Below are positions 41,223 through 54,330 of a stretch of 64,000 bases of DNA, piece after piece. The position numbers and the translations under genes are program-made. Location: contig CM041465.1 in the NCBI GenBank assembly GCA_023213395.1, positions 195,555,741 to 195,619,740 on the forward strand. The letters are read 5' to 3'. Position 1 is the stretch's first letter; each line of letters starts with the position of its first letter. Source of the DNA: Cycas panzhihuaensis (lineage: Eukaryota; Plantae; Cycadophyta). The notes below the pieces were generated by a model, which was not told the DNA's origin, ran no database searches, and was given only the letters and a program-made list of their open reading frames with translations.

Positions 41223-42506
41223 CATTAAAATTTGCTAAAATTTCATTAAAAAAATATGATTAAAGTGCTTTTAATAATGAAATAATAAAAATAAAAGAGA
41301 CTTTATAACTTTTAAGTTTATTTAAAATAGAATATTTCTTGAATATACTATATCATATAAAGCAAAGTTCAAATTTGTAAAGTGAAAAATCAAAATTTTC
41401 AAAAAAATTCAAAATGCCAGACCTGCGACGGAAAAATAAATCGAACAAATGAGAAAATCGATCGAATGGCCAGTGGAATCTTAGATGTGACTGCAGATAT
41501 GGAGTTCTCAACTGAGCATGATCATTTTGAGTAGTATATTGATATATTTTTCTTGCATGTAGAAGAAATGCAAGTCAAATAGAGGGGCGGTAGGCTAAGC
41601 AGCTTCACGGAGGAACAAATGCTCAGATTTGGATGAAACTTCAGAGGAGGGCTTAAATCCCCTCACCGATGATTCATCTCAGTTTTCACGTCATTCCACT
41701 AAGTGTGGAGAGAAAACAAAGCATTTGAAGAAAAATGTGGGTGCACAGGCTGTGGAGGATGTTTACAGTTGTACAACTGTCTAGGGTTTAAAACCCTCTT
41801 CAAAAACTCCACAACTCTTCGTGGGACCCACGTAAAAGTAAATACACCTCCAAATGACAACAAATTTGGCTATGAGGGGCTACACCAGTGAATCTAAGTT
41901 TTCCACTTAGAGTTTGAGGGCTGAAATTGCTTTGTCTGCTTTAGGGAGCTTTAGATTATGGGTGCCAACTGTGTAGAAGGCTAGTACTGCTGCAAAATAG
42001 GTCAAATCTGACCAGCACCCTACTCTGTGAGAGGGGAGCTAAAAAATGTAAATTTTAAGTGAGAAAACATAAGATATGATGATAAATATTCTCAGAACAG
42101 TTAGAAAATTGCAACAAATTAGTTGTGTAGAAATGAGTACTAAAGGGCTGTTTTACAGTAAAAAAATAATTGAATAACTCAGATCTGCCCCATTTTCTTG
42201 GAAAAGATAATTTTTTTGAAGAAAAAATTAGAGGAAATCACTATTTTTTAATAACTGTGAGTGTTGCACCCTTCATAAAAATCTGAAAAAAAAAAAAAAA
42301 ACAAAAATTCAAATTTGAAATGTGCCACCCCCAACTTGTGAATAACTTGAAAATTCCTAGATGTATTGAAAAATGTGAGAGATAAACCTTGGATCACCTT
42401 TGGAGAGTGAAGGTCGTCACCAATGGTTTGTAAACCCTTATAAGATCTCTAAAAAAAGAGGAAATCAGAACAGAGAGAAACAATCTTCTTCTGCTCTAAT
42501 ACAAAA

Positions 42507-43047
42507 TATTGAAGATGGTATTTAACCTACATAAACCAAGTTCTAGAGGATTGTTCAACTCTGGTTCTAGAATTAAAGAGAACAACACTTAACAAATAAA
42601 GCTTATTCAAATAAACAAGATAAAAGATTATATATAAAAGAGTATGAATAAAATGATACTAAAATGAAGAGGAGATGGAATTGGTCCAATCTCCAAATAA
42701 ATATCAGTTTGATTAACAAACTGACAACATAACAATATAACTCAAACTCTATATGAAAAACATGAAAAGTTGTCTCAATATATAAAGTTACAAAAAAGAC
42801 CTAACACATTGAATGTTTGACAAGTGTCAAATATCCAAGCTACATGTTCTGCATGCAAGACATGTCCATTTAAGCTCTCAAATGAGCAAAAATACATGAG
42901 GGTTATTTGACCCTTAAATGACAATGTTACGTCACTAAAAAAAATGTGAGTGTGTGCTTTATCACTTAAGTGATGAGTCATCCTATAAAGTACAAATATA
43001 CATGAAATAAAGTACATATACTTAATATGTAAACATAAGGTTTAACA
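42507..43047 (-). repeat. Copia-3 5' LTR
   Basis: TATTGAAG (decayed TGTTGAA) to TTTAACA; adjacent to the PBS. Confidence 0.9.
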
Positions 43048-43651
43048 ACTTTTAGGTTTCTTAATATGTCAATAAGTGGTAACATCATTATTAATATTAA
43101 AAGTGTTACTACCCGAAAGCAAATGTGGGACATTATTATCAATCTATTCAAACACAAGGGTGATGTAAGAGCCTTGAACCTATGAAATTAACTAAACGAT
43201 TTGAAGTAAATAAGTACATTGATTAAACATGTTCAACACGTAAAATCCCTTCAAGATTAGCAAGCGACTATTGGATAGATAGTACTTGAATCAAAGATAA
43301 CTATTTACATCTTACACTGTCTATTAGCTTAATATGAAAATTTTATAATCACATTGACATTATTAGATAAATTGTCTACTTTGATGATCAGTTCTTTAGA
43401 ATCTCTACTTCTAGTACATGAGAAGAAGTTAAAAGATATACATCGCAAATCATTTCAAGCACTAACATCTAGATCTAAGGCCAAAAAGTTGTACATTCCA
43501 AAGAAGAACACCACTACAATTCAAAAGAAAAACTAAGAGAATCAAAGGGACTGTATATGCCTAAAGGAGGATTGTTGGGAATGGCAACATCAACAACAAC
43601 CTCAATAGCAACCTCAATTGTAGAAACAATGAGTAACGACAATGTTTATGT

Positions 43652-43843
43652 AGACAATGAAGCCACATGACAAATGCAATAGAGAATGCACTTGTTAAAA
43701 TAACAAAGTGACTCTTGTTATTGTGTGCAAAATGTGATTTGATGCAAAGACAATGAAGTCACATGACAAATGCAATAGAGAATGCACTTGTTAAAATAAC
43801 GAAATGACTCTTGTTGCTGTGCGCAAAATGAGGTTTGATGCAA
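43652..43843 (+). repeat. 96-bp tandem duplication within Copia-4 gag/protease
   Basis: agacaatgaag.cacatgacaaatgcaatagagaatgcacttgttaaaataac occurs at 43652 and 43748. Confidence 0.85.
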
Positions 43844-44800
43844 AAGAAGTTTTCATTGATTCTAATGCATCAAGACACATGACTTGCAAGATGAAATGGT
43901 TTTATTAGACGTAGAAAGTAAATAAAAAAACCACCATTGAAGACAACACCACTTTGGAAGTTGTAGGAGTTGGACAAGTACCATTCATAATGCCAAATGG
44001 TGGGAGACAATATTTGGAGAATGTTTTGTATATACTTAATCTAAAGGCTAATCTTATTTCTGTAGACAAAATTGAACAACATAATATGACTATAATATTT
44101 GCCGAAAGACAGAGCATGGTCCCAACAAAACAAAAGGATATTGTAGTTAAAGGGCTTAAAGATAATAATTTATACAAACTATAAGGACACTCTAAAGTAC
44201 AAAGAACATTCATTGCTATATCTCTAACGCTAAAATTACAGCATAAACAAATGGGTCATGTGAACTACTCTAATATTCAATTGATGCATAAATTCAAAAC
44301 GGCGGATGATCTTCTTTTGATTAATACTAAGAATTAATTGTGTCAACCCTGCACCTTTGAAAATCAACAGAAAAAATGTTTTTCAAAAAGAAAACATGGA
44401 GAACTAAAGAAACACTTAGATTGGTTTACTTGGTCATTTGTAGACAAATGCTTCTTGTATCACTTAATGGAGCGAGATAGTTCATACACTTTCATTGATA
44501 AATTTTCAAGAAAAATCTAGGTTTTTCCATTGAAAGAGAAATTGCAAGCCTTCTCTAGTTTCAAACAATTCAGGAGTTGGTAGAGAATGAAAGTGGACAT
44601 AAAATCAAAATTTTACAAATTGATAATATTAGTGAATACACTTTGACTGAATTCAATTAGTTCTACAAATACCGTGAAACTAAGAGGCAATTTACTACTA
44701 CCAACACCCCTCAACAAAATGGAGTTACTAAGCAAGTGGGCAAAACTTTGGTAGAAAATGCCAAATCTATGATGAGAAACAACGATGTATCATACTTCAT

Positions 44801-45006
44801 ATGGGTTGATGCTATGAACATCGCTATATATCTAACAAAACGAAATACTACAAGAGTTATTAGGAACAAAACACCTAAGGAGGCTTGGTCAGATAAGAAC
44901 AGTTTTTATGGGTTGATGCTATGAACATAGCTACATATCTAACGGAATGAAACACTACAAGGGCTGTTAGGAACAACACACCTAAGGAGGCTTGGTCAGA
45001 TAAGAC
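44801..45006 (+). repeat. About 108-bp tandem duplication within Copia-4 integrase
   Basis: tgggttgatgctatgaacat ... acacctaaggaggcttggtcagataaga occurs twice. Confidence 0.85.
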
Positions 45007-45315
45007 GTTGACCTTTTGTCATTTGAGAGTGCTTGGGTGTATAACATACATATATACCAAAATGAAAAAAGGCAAAAGTTGGGCAACAAAATCACAGAGT
45101 ACATCATTATGGATACTTTGAAGAAAATAAAACTTACAGAGTTTCAAGTTAAGTAAGAAGGTACATAAAACTCATGATGTTATCTTTAGTGAAAATGATG
45201 ATAAAAATAATGATTTAATTGAAACAAAGTAGATTCTTGAATAAACTTACATCTAAATAACCAAAAATAACGACCAAGATCTATTTATTTTGCAAAAATA
45301 ATAAAGATTCGAAAT

Positions 45316-45814
45316 TGTAATAAATGCAAATATATAAAACTAGAGATCATTCAACATACACAAAAATATATACACATTACTTAGTACACAGAATTTAACG
45401 TGGTAAAACTCTAATAGAGTGCTTAGGAAAATATCCACACAGGAAAGGTATCGATCTTTATTAGTACAAAATGAAAGATTTGTATATGCAGTCACTACAA
45501 AATCCTCATAGCAACAACAACCAACAGTCATCCACTCGCAATACGATACAATACAATACAACACAATACAATTACTCTAAAACGGGTTATATAGGAAGGT
45601 ACATCAATCGTAGTCATCAAATTTAGGTCTTTTAGATGAACAACCTAGATTCCCTTACAAATTAATAGGTTTTGAGTGTTAACTTTTTACTTCGAGGGCT
45701 ATGGCCCTCGAATCCCTACCATCCCCTCGCCCCCCCCCCCCCCCCTACAAAAAGGGATTGCTACCCCCCTTAGATGCCCCTGAAGAAAAATTGGTGGTGA
45801 AAACCACACCAACA
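45316..45814 (-). mobile_element. Probable solo LTR inserted in Copia-4 between IN and RT
   Basis: TGTAA...CCAACA ends, and a copia-U5-like block acacagaatttaacgtggtaaaactc in reverse orientation. It interrupts the pol homology. The TSD is only weak (GAAAT/AAGGT). Confidence 0.6.
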
Positions 45815-47659
45815 AAGGTCCAAAAATTTAAGTCACCTCATAATTGTTGTCACATATCTGAGATAGATTGAAGAGCTACTTGAATGTAATTCTTCAAGTG
45901 ACATTAATCAATTTGAATTTGAATTGTTTGGCATTGGTAAAATAGTGGAGTTGAAATTCTTCTAGTTTCTAGAATTTGAATTTGAATAAAATTGGAAGCC
46001 TTTTTTTTTTTTCACATCTTCGCCTTCATTTCTGAAAAAAAAAATTCTAAATAGTACTTTAAAACTATAGAGGATGCTAAAAAGTTGTCACCTAAATTAA
46101 AGAGAACAAGACAAAAATTGTGATCTTTTAATCAAGTAAATATTGCTCTTATGGCACGTGTTGCATGTTCATGAACCTTCTACAATTAAAATGGTTAAAG
46201 AGCAAAAGTGGAATGATGTTATAGATACTAAAATTTAAACAATAAAAAAGAACCACACTTGGGATTTGGTCATATTGCCTACTAAAAAGTATACAATCAC
46301 TTGCAAATAGATTTACAGAACTAAGTACAAATATAATGGATCTATAGACAAATTCAAGATTAGACTTGTAATAAAAGAAACAAGTAATAAGAAAGGGTCA
46401 AATACTAAGAAACATTCACTTTTATGGGAAAAATGAATACTATTTGCCTCATTGTAGCAATAGTTCCAGAATTCAATTAGCAGTTTTATCATATGCATGT
46501 AAAAAGTACATTTTTCAATGGGGACTTAACGAAAGAAATCTATATGGAGTAGTCACTCGATTTTATGAAAAAAAGTTAAGAGCATTTAGTATGCGAACTT
46601 AAAAAAGCCTTGTATAGCTTGAAATAAGTTCCAAGAGCTTGGTATGAAAGATTGACTAGTATTTTATCAAAAACAGATATGAGACATATTCAACTAACTC
46701 AAATGTGTACATCAAAATCTTAAATAATAAAATAATGCATGTGGTATTATATGTTGACGACTTACTGAACATAAGTAATGATAGTTCTTTCAGATAATAG
46801 GTCTAAGAGTTCTACATTACTTCCTTGAAACAAAAGTATGGTAAAGGCTTAGACGTGTCTTTATCTCATAGGCAAAATACGCTTGGCAATTTATGAAAAA
46901 AATTAGAATGCCTTATTGTAAGTCTGTGCCTACCCCAATGAAGACATATTTCAAGTTAACAACTAAAGATGGTGGAACAAATGTTGATACAATGATGTAC
47001 AAACAGTTGATAGGTAGTTTAATATATTTGATTACTACTAGACTTGACATTTCATTTGCAGTTGGAATAGTGTTCAAGTTTATGAGAATGCTGAAAAAAT
47101 GTCACTAAAAAGCTATAGAAATGATAATCATTTAAAGAAACTATCTAATATGGACTTGAATTCATACGTAATGACAAGTTCAAGTTAAAATGATTCAAAA
47201 AGATTTTAATTACGCTGAATGTGCAAAAAACAAACGGTCGATTTCTTCATACTATTTTAGTTTAGGATCAACTACCATCACTTGAAGCAGTAAAAAGTAA
47301 TTAAATGTTGCTTTATTTTTAATTGAAACAAAGTACAAGGCCATAGTTGCAATTATTACTAAAACTATTTGCTTACAATAGATTCTAAGAGACATGGGAT
47401 TACATCAATTAGAACTAATTATATTTTACTATGATAATCAAAGTGCATTGAATATTGCAAAAAACCCTATGTTCCATGCTTGTGCCAAATACATAGAAGT
47501 GCACTATCACTTTATTCGTGAACTAATTCAAAACACTGTGATTGAGACAGCGTACAAGACAGCGGAAGAATAAGTGACTAAACCATTGGCACATGATAAT
47601 TTCAAACTTTTAGAAATGGTTTGAATGTTAAAATAAATGATGCAAACAATAATGAGAAG

Positions 47660-47961
47660 TGTTGAACAATAATGTTTATATTGACTCACAACTATATGTT
47701 ATGACCTCCCTCCCTCCCGCACCTTTTATCATTATATTATTATTGATTACTCTCTATTTTTAATGTGGGGATGGCGAGTCACCAGGGTAACTCTACATTC
47801 TTCACATGTCATCTTCAGGATGTAAATATTCCTTTGGGAATTGTCTTTATGCACTAGATTGTGTATTGTAACAAGACTAGAGTTTTAGTGGGATTGAGAT
47901 AAATTAACTCATTTAAATAAATCTTTTTTTTTTTTCGAATGTTGTTTAAGTCTATCCTTCA
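47660..47961 (+). repeat. Probable 3' LTR of Copia-4 (right end uncertain)
   Basis: TGTTGAA immediately after the RNase H end and a purine tract. Confidence 0.5.
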
Positions 47962-47995
47962 CCTGAATGATACTAGTTGCAATAGCTTTTATACC

Positions 47996-48217
47996 TGTTA
48001 CATTCTAAAAAAGTAAAGAAACAATAATAATTAAAATATTCAATTAAGAAGTCAGTATTTTGGAGGGAAAAGGTAGAGTTGAGCTAGATGAGTATTCAAG
48101 TATTATCATCTTAGTTTTTGATTTGTACTCGTAGTAATTGCCCTGACAAGATTTGGGAAGTCTCCTTGCCTCAAAGAGCGCTGCTATTCTGTTGCTTCTG
48201 TTGAGGGGGTGGTGACA
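47996..48217 (+). repeat. Solo-type LTR homologous to the Gypsy-A 5' LTR
   Basis: TGTTAC...GTGACA ends. Shares aaaaaagtaaagaaa, aattaagaagt.agtattttggagggaaaa and tttgtactcgt.gtaattg with 18091-18358. Confidence 0.7.
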
Positions 48218-51070
48218 AGAACGCAGTTCTTGGAATTAAAAAAAGTTGTCCATATTGTGAATGCGAAAAGTATGACTTTGAAATAGACCAGATATTTATT
48301 GTCAATGCAAATAAAGCATATGATCCATTCTAAATGTGAATATTTCACTAGAATACAGAATATGTATGCTAGGGATGGCAATTCCAAAAGCATCTCTTAG
48401 CAAGTCATCCATTTTGTGGATGAGGATATAATTTCATTACTGGCAACTGCTATCTCTCATTAAATGTGTGACCATTCTTTTTCAGATATTCTTGTTGCCC
48501 TATGCATGTGCGCAGAAAAAAAAAAACACAGTATGCCAAAAAAAAAAAAACAAAAAAAAAAAATTACATAAATGTCATTTTGATAGTTGTTTTTTCTCTA
48601 CAACATCAATCAATGGCCACTGTTATATCTCAAACTGTCGTCAACAAATTGCTTGATGCACAATGGTGATAATAAATTCCAAGCCCAGTTTACAGATATC
48701 ACTCTTCATTCATCATTAGCTATAATTACATGTGTGAATCTTTACATAAACACATCAAGCTTAGCTAGTTACTATTACCTGTAATTATCTCTTTAGCATA
48801 CACAAATATTCCTTGGCATATGCTCCTATATACTTGCATATACTATGTTATATGCTAGACCTGCATACATCAATATGCCCTACTGTCTGTTGGTATTGCA
48901 TACAATGGCATGCCTTTCATGTCTTTAGTCCGTATGGGTATACATATTGAACTATCACCCAGTTTGCCCTCTCTTTACACCACTGACTGCCCCGAAACAT
49001 GGCAAGCCGATTTCCAGGCATACTTGGAGCCTCTCCCGTTTTGTCAAGCATCTATGACTTTTGTTTGGGTTGAATCTTGGAACTTTCTTATATGATGGAA
49101 CTTTAAATGACACCAAGTTCTCCCTGCCTCCACGTTTTTTCTTGTATGTAACTACATCTGTCAACTGGATCTCTGGAGTCGATTCTGCTTTTCATAAAGC
49201 TAAATTTGTGTATGTGTATTTGGCTACATATCCACTCTTTTCAGTGCTATTTTGCAAATCTCTCATTTCCAATGGAAAGTGAATAAGCATAAAAGTCCTC
49301 AATTTGCTTGTGGAATGAAGTATAGGAAATGTAGCTAACCCTGATTTTCTCCATCGGTAGTAACGTCTCCATATATCTCAGCTATACAGAGATATGAACT
49401 AGACATCTTTCTTTTGTATCAATGTCATTTTGTCATGTAATTTGCAACACTATTGAGGTTGCTGAGCATTGCTTCCTAGGTGGTGGTCTAATTCTTGAGC
49501 TGTGGCTACTCTTTCACATTCCCTTCTTTTAATTTTTTTCCCCTTTCGACATGCTTCCTTTTTGTTGAGTCTCAGATGTTTCCATCTCAATTAAATCAGA
49601 TTTTCCTTCCTCTTTGCTTGCATTTCACCTTCATGGTTAGTGGTGTTGGGATGAATATTACAATCTTTCAGTCTACTTCTGCTTCCGCTAGTTGGAAATG
49701 CGTTGTTAGATTTCTAACAGCTCAAATAGGCTAGCTTGCTTGCTTGCTTTGCTCTGAAATCATTGCCTAGTGCCCCCAAATCATTCTTCTTCTTGCCCTC
49801 AATCACCGTTCCTCCCACTCCTTAACATGAATTGTATTTTTCAAATGTCGATTTTTACTTCCCATGAGATCCTTTCCCAGGAGACAACACTGGTAACAAA
49901 ATGTCCATTGCTAGTGAGAAGCAGGAAGCATTTTACCGTGCATGAATTGCCATAATTAAAGTGTTTTCAAGTTTAATTTTGCAGAGGATTTTCTTGTCAG
50001 ATGCCATGATTTTACTGCTAGTTCCAGACATGAGTTAGTGATTCTAGTGTTGATGATGCCAACCATAATCACGGCCTCCTATAAACCAAACACCATTTTC
50101 ATGACCTGAAATGTCAATTACAGCTGTGAGGATGACCAGGCATCGCAAATGACAAGAAGCACTGAAGTACCACTTCACTCCACTAGGCACACAGTTACCA
50201 TGAATGTGTGAGAAAAACAGGGAGTAATCATTTTAGTTGTCTTTGAACAATTCCATTGGCTGCCAAGACCAAGGCAGAAAATAAAATTCTCATAAGATTC
50301 AAATGAATCACAACAATATTTGGTATGAGTTCTAACAGGAACATATTTGCTTTTCAAAAAATAATGAAGCAAGCAAACAATGTGTAATATACATTTCAAA
50401 ACTATATCAAACTCGGCAACAATGAATTTACTGTAAGAAACAACGGGATAATATGTTGCTTGCTACAAATACTGAAAATATAAAAAACACCACATTTTCT
50501 GCATGAAGAAACTTCAGTAACAATTAGCTGAAAAGAATACTTGCATATTTTCTGAATTTCCTCAGTTTCTGCACATCCTTAATCACAAACATGCTAAAGA
50601 TAAATTATTAAATCTTGTCCTGAGCTACATTTTACACGATTGGGTAATGCTCATGTATCCTCCACTTGTGAATGGAACACAAAGCTTGGGAATGATGTTG
50701 TAATGTCCCTGATTCAGACAATTCCACTGGGTTAGAACATACCATAAAGCAGTATTTACCAGCAAAGAATATACATCTAATTGCAAGTGATATATACAAG
50801 ATGACTGCTATGGAATGACCTAATTAAAACACATTTCTGAATTCATTTGCGCAATGTGAACATCCAGAACAGCCTATGTGCAGAAACTAGAAGAAGAACA
50901 AACATGCACCCAGAATATCTTCTGCTCTTCTGCACATTATGTTTGTTAGCTTTTTGAAAGACTAAATCAATAAGGAATTGAAGGAAACAAAAAGAAGCAC
51001 CTCTTCAACTGATATTCTACTAGGAATAGGATTCTATGCTATATCATCAAGTATCTTTGGTAAACCTAAG

Positions 51071-51424
51071 TGTAGTATAATAATAATTTAATAATATAAT
51101 ACAAGATGATATAATAATATATAACGATAATATAATATAATAAAATATAAAAATATGATAAAATATAAAAACATGAAAATGATGTTGGTTGGAATGACAA
51201 CAATAAAGGCCACAAGGGCCCATGTATTTATATGTTCTATAAATACAGCTATCATGAGATAAATCTATATATATCTCATTTGAAGAGAGAGAATTTAGAG
51301 TTTTATTAAACAATCTGTGTAAAGGTAATAAGCAGGTTTTGACCTGGTGCCAGTGGTGTTGGGAACAAGATGGTCACTAGTTCAATATTGATGGTATCAC
51401 ATTAATTGCAGACTTAAATTTACA
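51071..51424 (+). repeat. Possible solo LTR
   Basis: TGTA...TACA ends, AT-rich 5' part and CTATAAATA at 51237; no TSD seen. Confidence 0.3.
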
Positions 51425-52769
51425 TCCCCAATTATCAGTCAGTAAATTTTTGACCATGCTGAGCATGGTACCATGTTAAAATAGAAAAAAAATACAACGG
51501 GGTGAAAATAATTTAAAGAATTACCATCATTTGAAAATTTAGGCCGGCAAGGGGGGGGGGGGAGGGGGAACATCTGTCTCACTACGGTGTCTTGACCTTG
51601 CTGTGTCAGTCTGCATTTTTCCTGAGATTGTGTCTGTCTGGATGTCTCTTCTGTGCCTGTATTTCCTTTGTGTCTCTGAACTGAACCTGGAGTGGCATTA
51701 GTTTGATTGTTTTCTTGGTTAGTTCACCAATGCGGGAATGTTAAGGGTGCTTTAATCAGCCAAAAGCACCTGACGTGACCAAGGGCTGCATGGTCAATGT
51801 GCATAGAGATCCAAGTTTGCATAAGAAAGTTACAACCATTTTGCTTGTCACTTTTTGCAAATATTCTGCTTGCAGAAATGGTCAACTGATTACTCAAAAC
51901 CACATGCTCATGTATGCCAGGGGTTGTTAACAGGTTTGCACAGAAGGTATTTGCAGATCTAAGCACGGAGTTCCTCATGAGCTTCCACAAGCTGTAGAAT
52001 TGCCCATCAAAAAACGAACTCAGTTTTGAAAAGTCACTGCTTTTCAGTTGCAGGTTTTCAGATTCTATGATTTTGGGTTTAGATCAGTTTAGTGAGTCCC
52101 CACTATCGATTTTGCATGGCTTATCAGTTGACTCTTAAATGCACAAGCAATTTGTTATTCTCAATCAGATTTCCCACGGCAGGTCATCTCTCAGTTGTAG
52201 CTCATTTCTTGTAGCACGGATTTCAACATTTTAGCCCTCAGAGTGCTATACTCCGATGATTTAGTGTTGTCTCAAGACTCTATTGCCAATCTTTGCATGA
52301 CTTGCAGAGTTAGCTTTAATTTGATATTCAGATATCTTGGGGTAAGAGATTTCTCAGTTTTAACACAATTCTTGTAGCATGGAATATGGTAGTCAGTGGC
52401 GGTAGCATTTGAGCTTAGCCTAGGAATATGATAGTGATTGACTCTAGTGATCTAACATCATTTCAAAGACCACTGTCAAACTGGCAGGGTTTATGAACTC
52501 AGCTCTAAATGCACATAATATTGACTACTCTTAACTTTCTACTGCTGTAGCATGATATTGCAACTTTTTCCAATGGCAGTAATGTCCGAGCTTAGCCTCA
52601 GAATACATCAGTGTGGTCAAACCTGTCACAGTACCATCTCTGTAATCATTTAGTCAAGCCCTGGGTTCTCAAGAGGCCTTAGCTTAGTAACTTTTACATT
52701 GAGAAACCCATTCAGAAGTACTGTCTTTTCCATTCAACAAAGTCTATGATAGAGAATGGTTTTATCATT

Positions 52770-52975
52770 TTTTGTTGTGTTAAGAGTACCATTGCGTGTA
52801 CATAGCCTATAATAACTTCCCTGTAAAAGCCCATTGTGCTCAGGAATCCTTTGATCTTGGAAACATTATTCTGTGTTGGCCAACTAAGCATGGTCTATAT
52901 CTTCTTAAGATTAACCCTGATCCCCTCTTTAGATTTGATGTGGCCAAGATATTCTAATTCTTGTTTCCCAAAAGT
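52770..52975 (-). pseudogene. Ty3/gypsy RT fragment
   Basis: FGKQELEYLGHIKSKEGIRVNLKKI*TMLSWP..VSKIKGFLSTMGFYR. Confidence 0.8.
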
Positions 52976-53024
52976 ATGTGGTTCCCATTGCAAAAAAAAG
53001 AAGCATATATCAAACATATAAGCA

Positions 53025-53660
53025 TCTATCCATCTTCCTCTTGATAAAAGCAACAGATTGTAGAGGACTGACTTCCCTTTCCATCTTCAACGCCATATTC
53101 ATCTTTTGCTCCTATTGCTTCTTTGTCTCCAGCTCCATCATCATCAACAACTCTTGATAGCCCTTCTGAAGTTGTACAACCATTATAGGGCCAGGATATT
53201 GATGTTACAATTATAGCAATGAAGAAGTAACCCAAATGGTATACTCAAACAGCATAGGATGTATAAGTTATTGAAGGAAAATATCTATCCAAAATGCGGC
53301 AACAATTAGTCAATTATGCATTTATGACTAAAGTGTTTGAGTTGATGAGCTTTCCACTTTTGAGGAGGCTTGTAAAAATGAAGAGTGGAAAGCTGCAATG
53401 ACTGAGAAAATCCATTCTATTGAAAAGAATGGAACTTGGGATTTGGTAAAATTGCCTAACAGAAAACAAGCAATCACTGCAAAAGGAGACAGAAAACCAA
53501 ATTCCAATCTGACGGTTCTATCAAGTGACACAAGGCTCGGCTGGGGCCCAAAGGATTCAAACAGCAAGAAGGCATTGACTATGGAAATATCTTTGCACCG
53601 GTGACAAAAATGAACATTGTCAAACTAATATAAGCCCGAGCTGCGCAATACAAGTGCTAC
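53025..53660 (+). pseudogene. Ty1/copia IN-RT linker and RT N-terminal fragment (Copia-3 family)
   Basis: KK*PKWYTQT matches Copia-3 KKLPKWYTQT; EEACKNEEWKAAM and IEKNGTWDLVKLP follow. Confidence 0.8.
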
Positions 53661-53793
53661 ATCTGCAAACCACAAGAATTCTATGGTATGTGGTGGTATT
53701 GTGAAGATATTCTAACTGTTTAATGCCAAGGGATTTGATCATTCCATCCCAATTGGTGGAATTAACCCTTTAGATCGAATAAAATCATAAGTG

Positions 53794-54297
53794 CTAAACA
53801 TTTTGTTGGGCCTCTAGTTGCTTAACATTTGGTAGTTCATAGAATTGAGAAGCAACAACTTCAAAATATAGTTCAACATTGATTGCTTTGGTATTTTTGA
53901 GATACCTTTTTAAGGCATGAATTATTCTCCACAACTCATTATATTCTTTAGAGCCCTCATTTGTCTTAAAAATCCAAGCTCCTAATTTGCAAATGACATC
54001 TTCCAATCCCTCTGGAATTTGCAATCCAAATTGTTGTTTGAACTTAAAAATCCAAGCTCCTAATTTGCAAATGACATCTTCCAATCCCTCTGGAATTTGC
54101 AATCCAAATTGTTGTTTGAATTGTTCCATTTTTCTTTGGACATCAAAAATGTCATCAACCCATTCTAAAATAATTTGGCACAAAAAGTCCATTTTTTCTT
54201 CTATCATTGATGCTTGATTTTGTGCCTCCAACAATTGAGTTTGAAATCGATGCAATTGTCCAAGGGTTGGGGGTGGTTTGTGTGCTCTACTCTCCAT
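53794..54297 (-). CDS. Hypothetical 167-aa helical/coiled-coil ORF, probably retroelement-associated
   Basis: Open ATG-initiated ORF with a heptad-like N-terminal half and an exact in-frame 78-bp tandem duplication (53965-54120). No family recognised. Confidence 0.35.
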   Translation of the reverse strand: MESRAHKPPPTLGQLHRFQTQLLEAQNQASMIEEKMDFLCQIILEWVDDIFDVQRKMEQFKQQFGLQIPEGLEDVICKLGAWIFKFKQQFGLQIPEGLEDVICKLGAWIFKTNEGSKEYNELWRIIHALKRYLKNTKAINVELYFEVVASQFYELPNVKQLEAQQNV

Positions 54298-54330
54298 TTC
54301 TGTGATTAGTTGTCATGTCACTCTTCCAAG

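Larger units (their letters stand above)
35241..43047 (-). mobile_element. Full-length, old Ty1/copia LTR retrotransposon (Copia-3)
   Basis: LTRs 35241-35777 and 42507-43047, TSD AATTT/ACTTT, PPT CCTCCCCTT at 35778, degenerate PBS-Met at about 42493-42503. Domain order gag-PR-IN-RT-RH on the minus strand. Confidence 0.92.
35050..47961 (+). mobile_element. Degenerate Ty1/copia element (Copia-4), interrupted by Copia-3 and a solo LTR; 5' LTR not found
   Basis: Gag N-terminus YAI*KHQM..LNDLWKYI at about 35068 continues at 43053 (FLNMSISGNIIINIK..T.KQMWD). Protease FIDSNASRHM, integrase PQQNGV, RT LYVDDLL and RNase H KYIEVHYHFIRE follow. A degenerate PPT precedes TGTTGAA at 47660. Confidence 0.8.
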
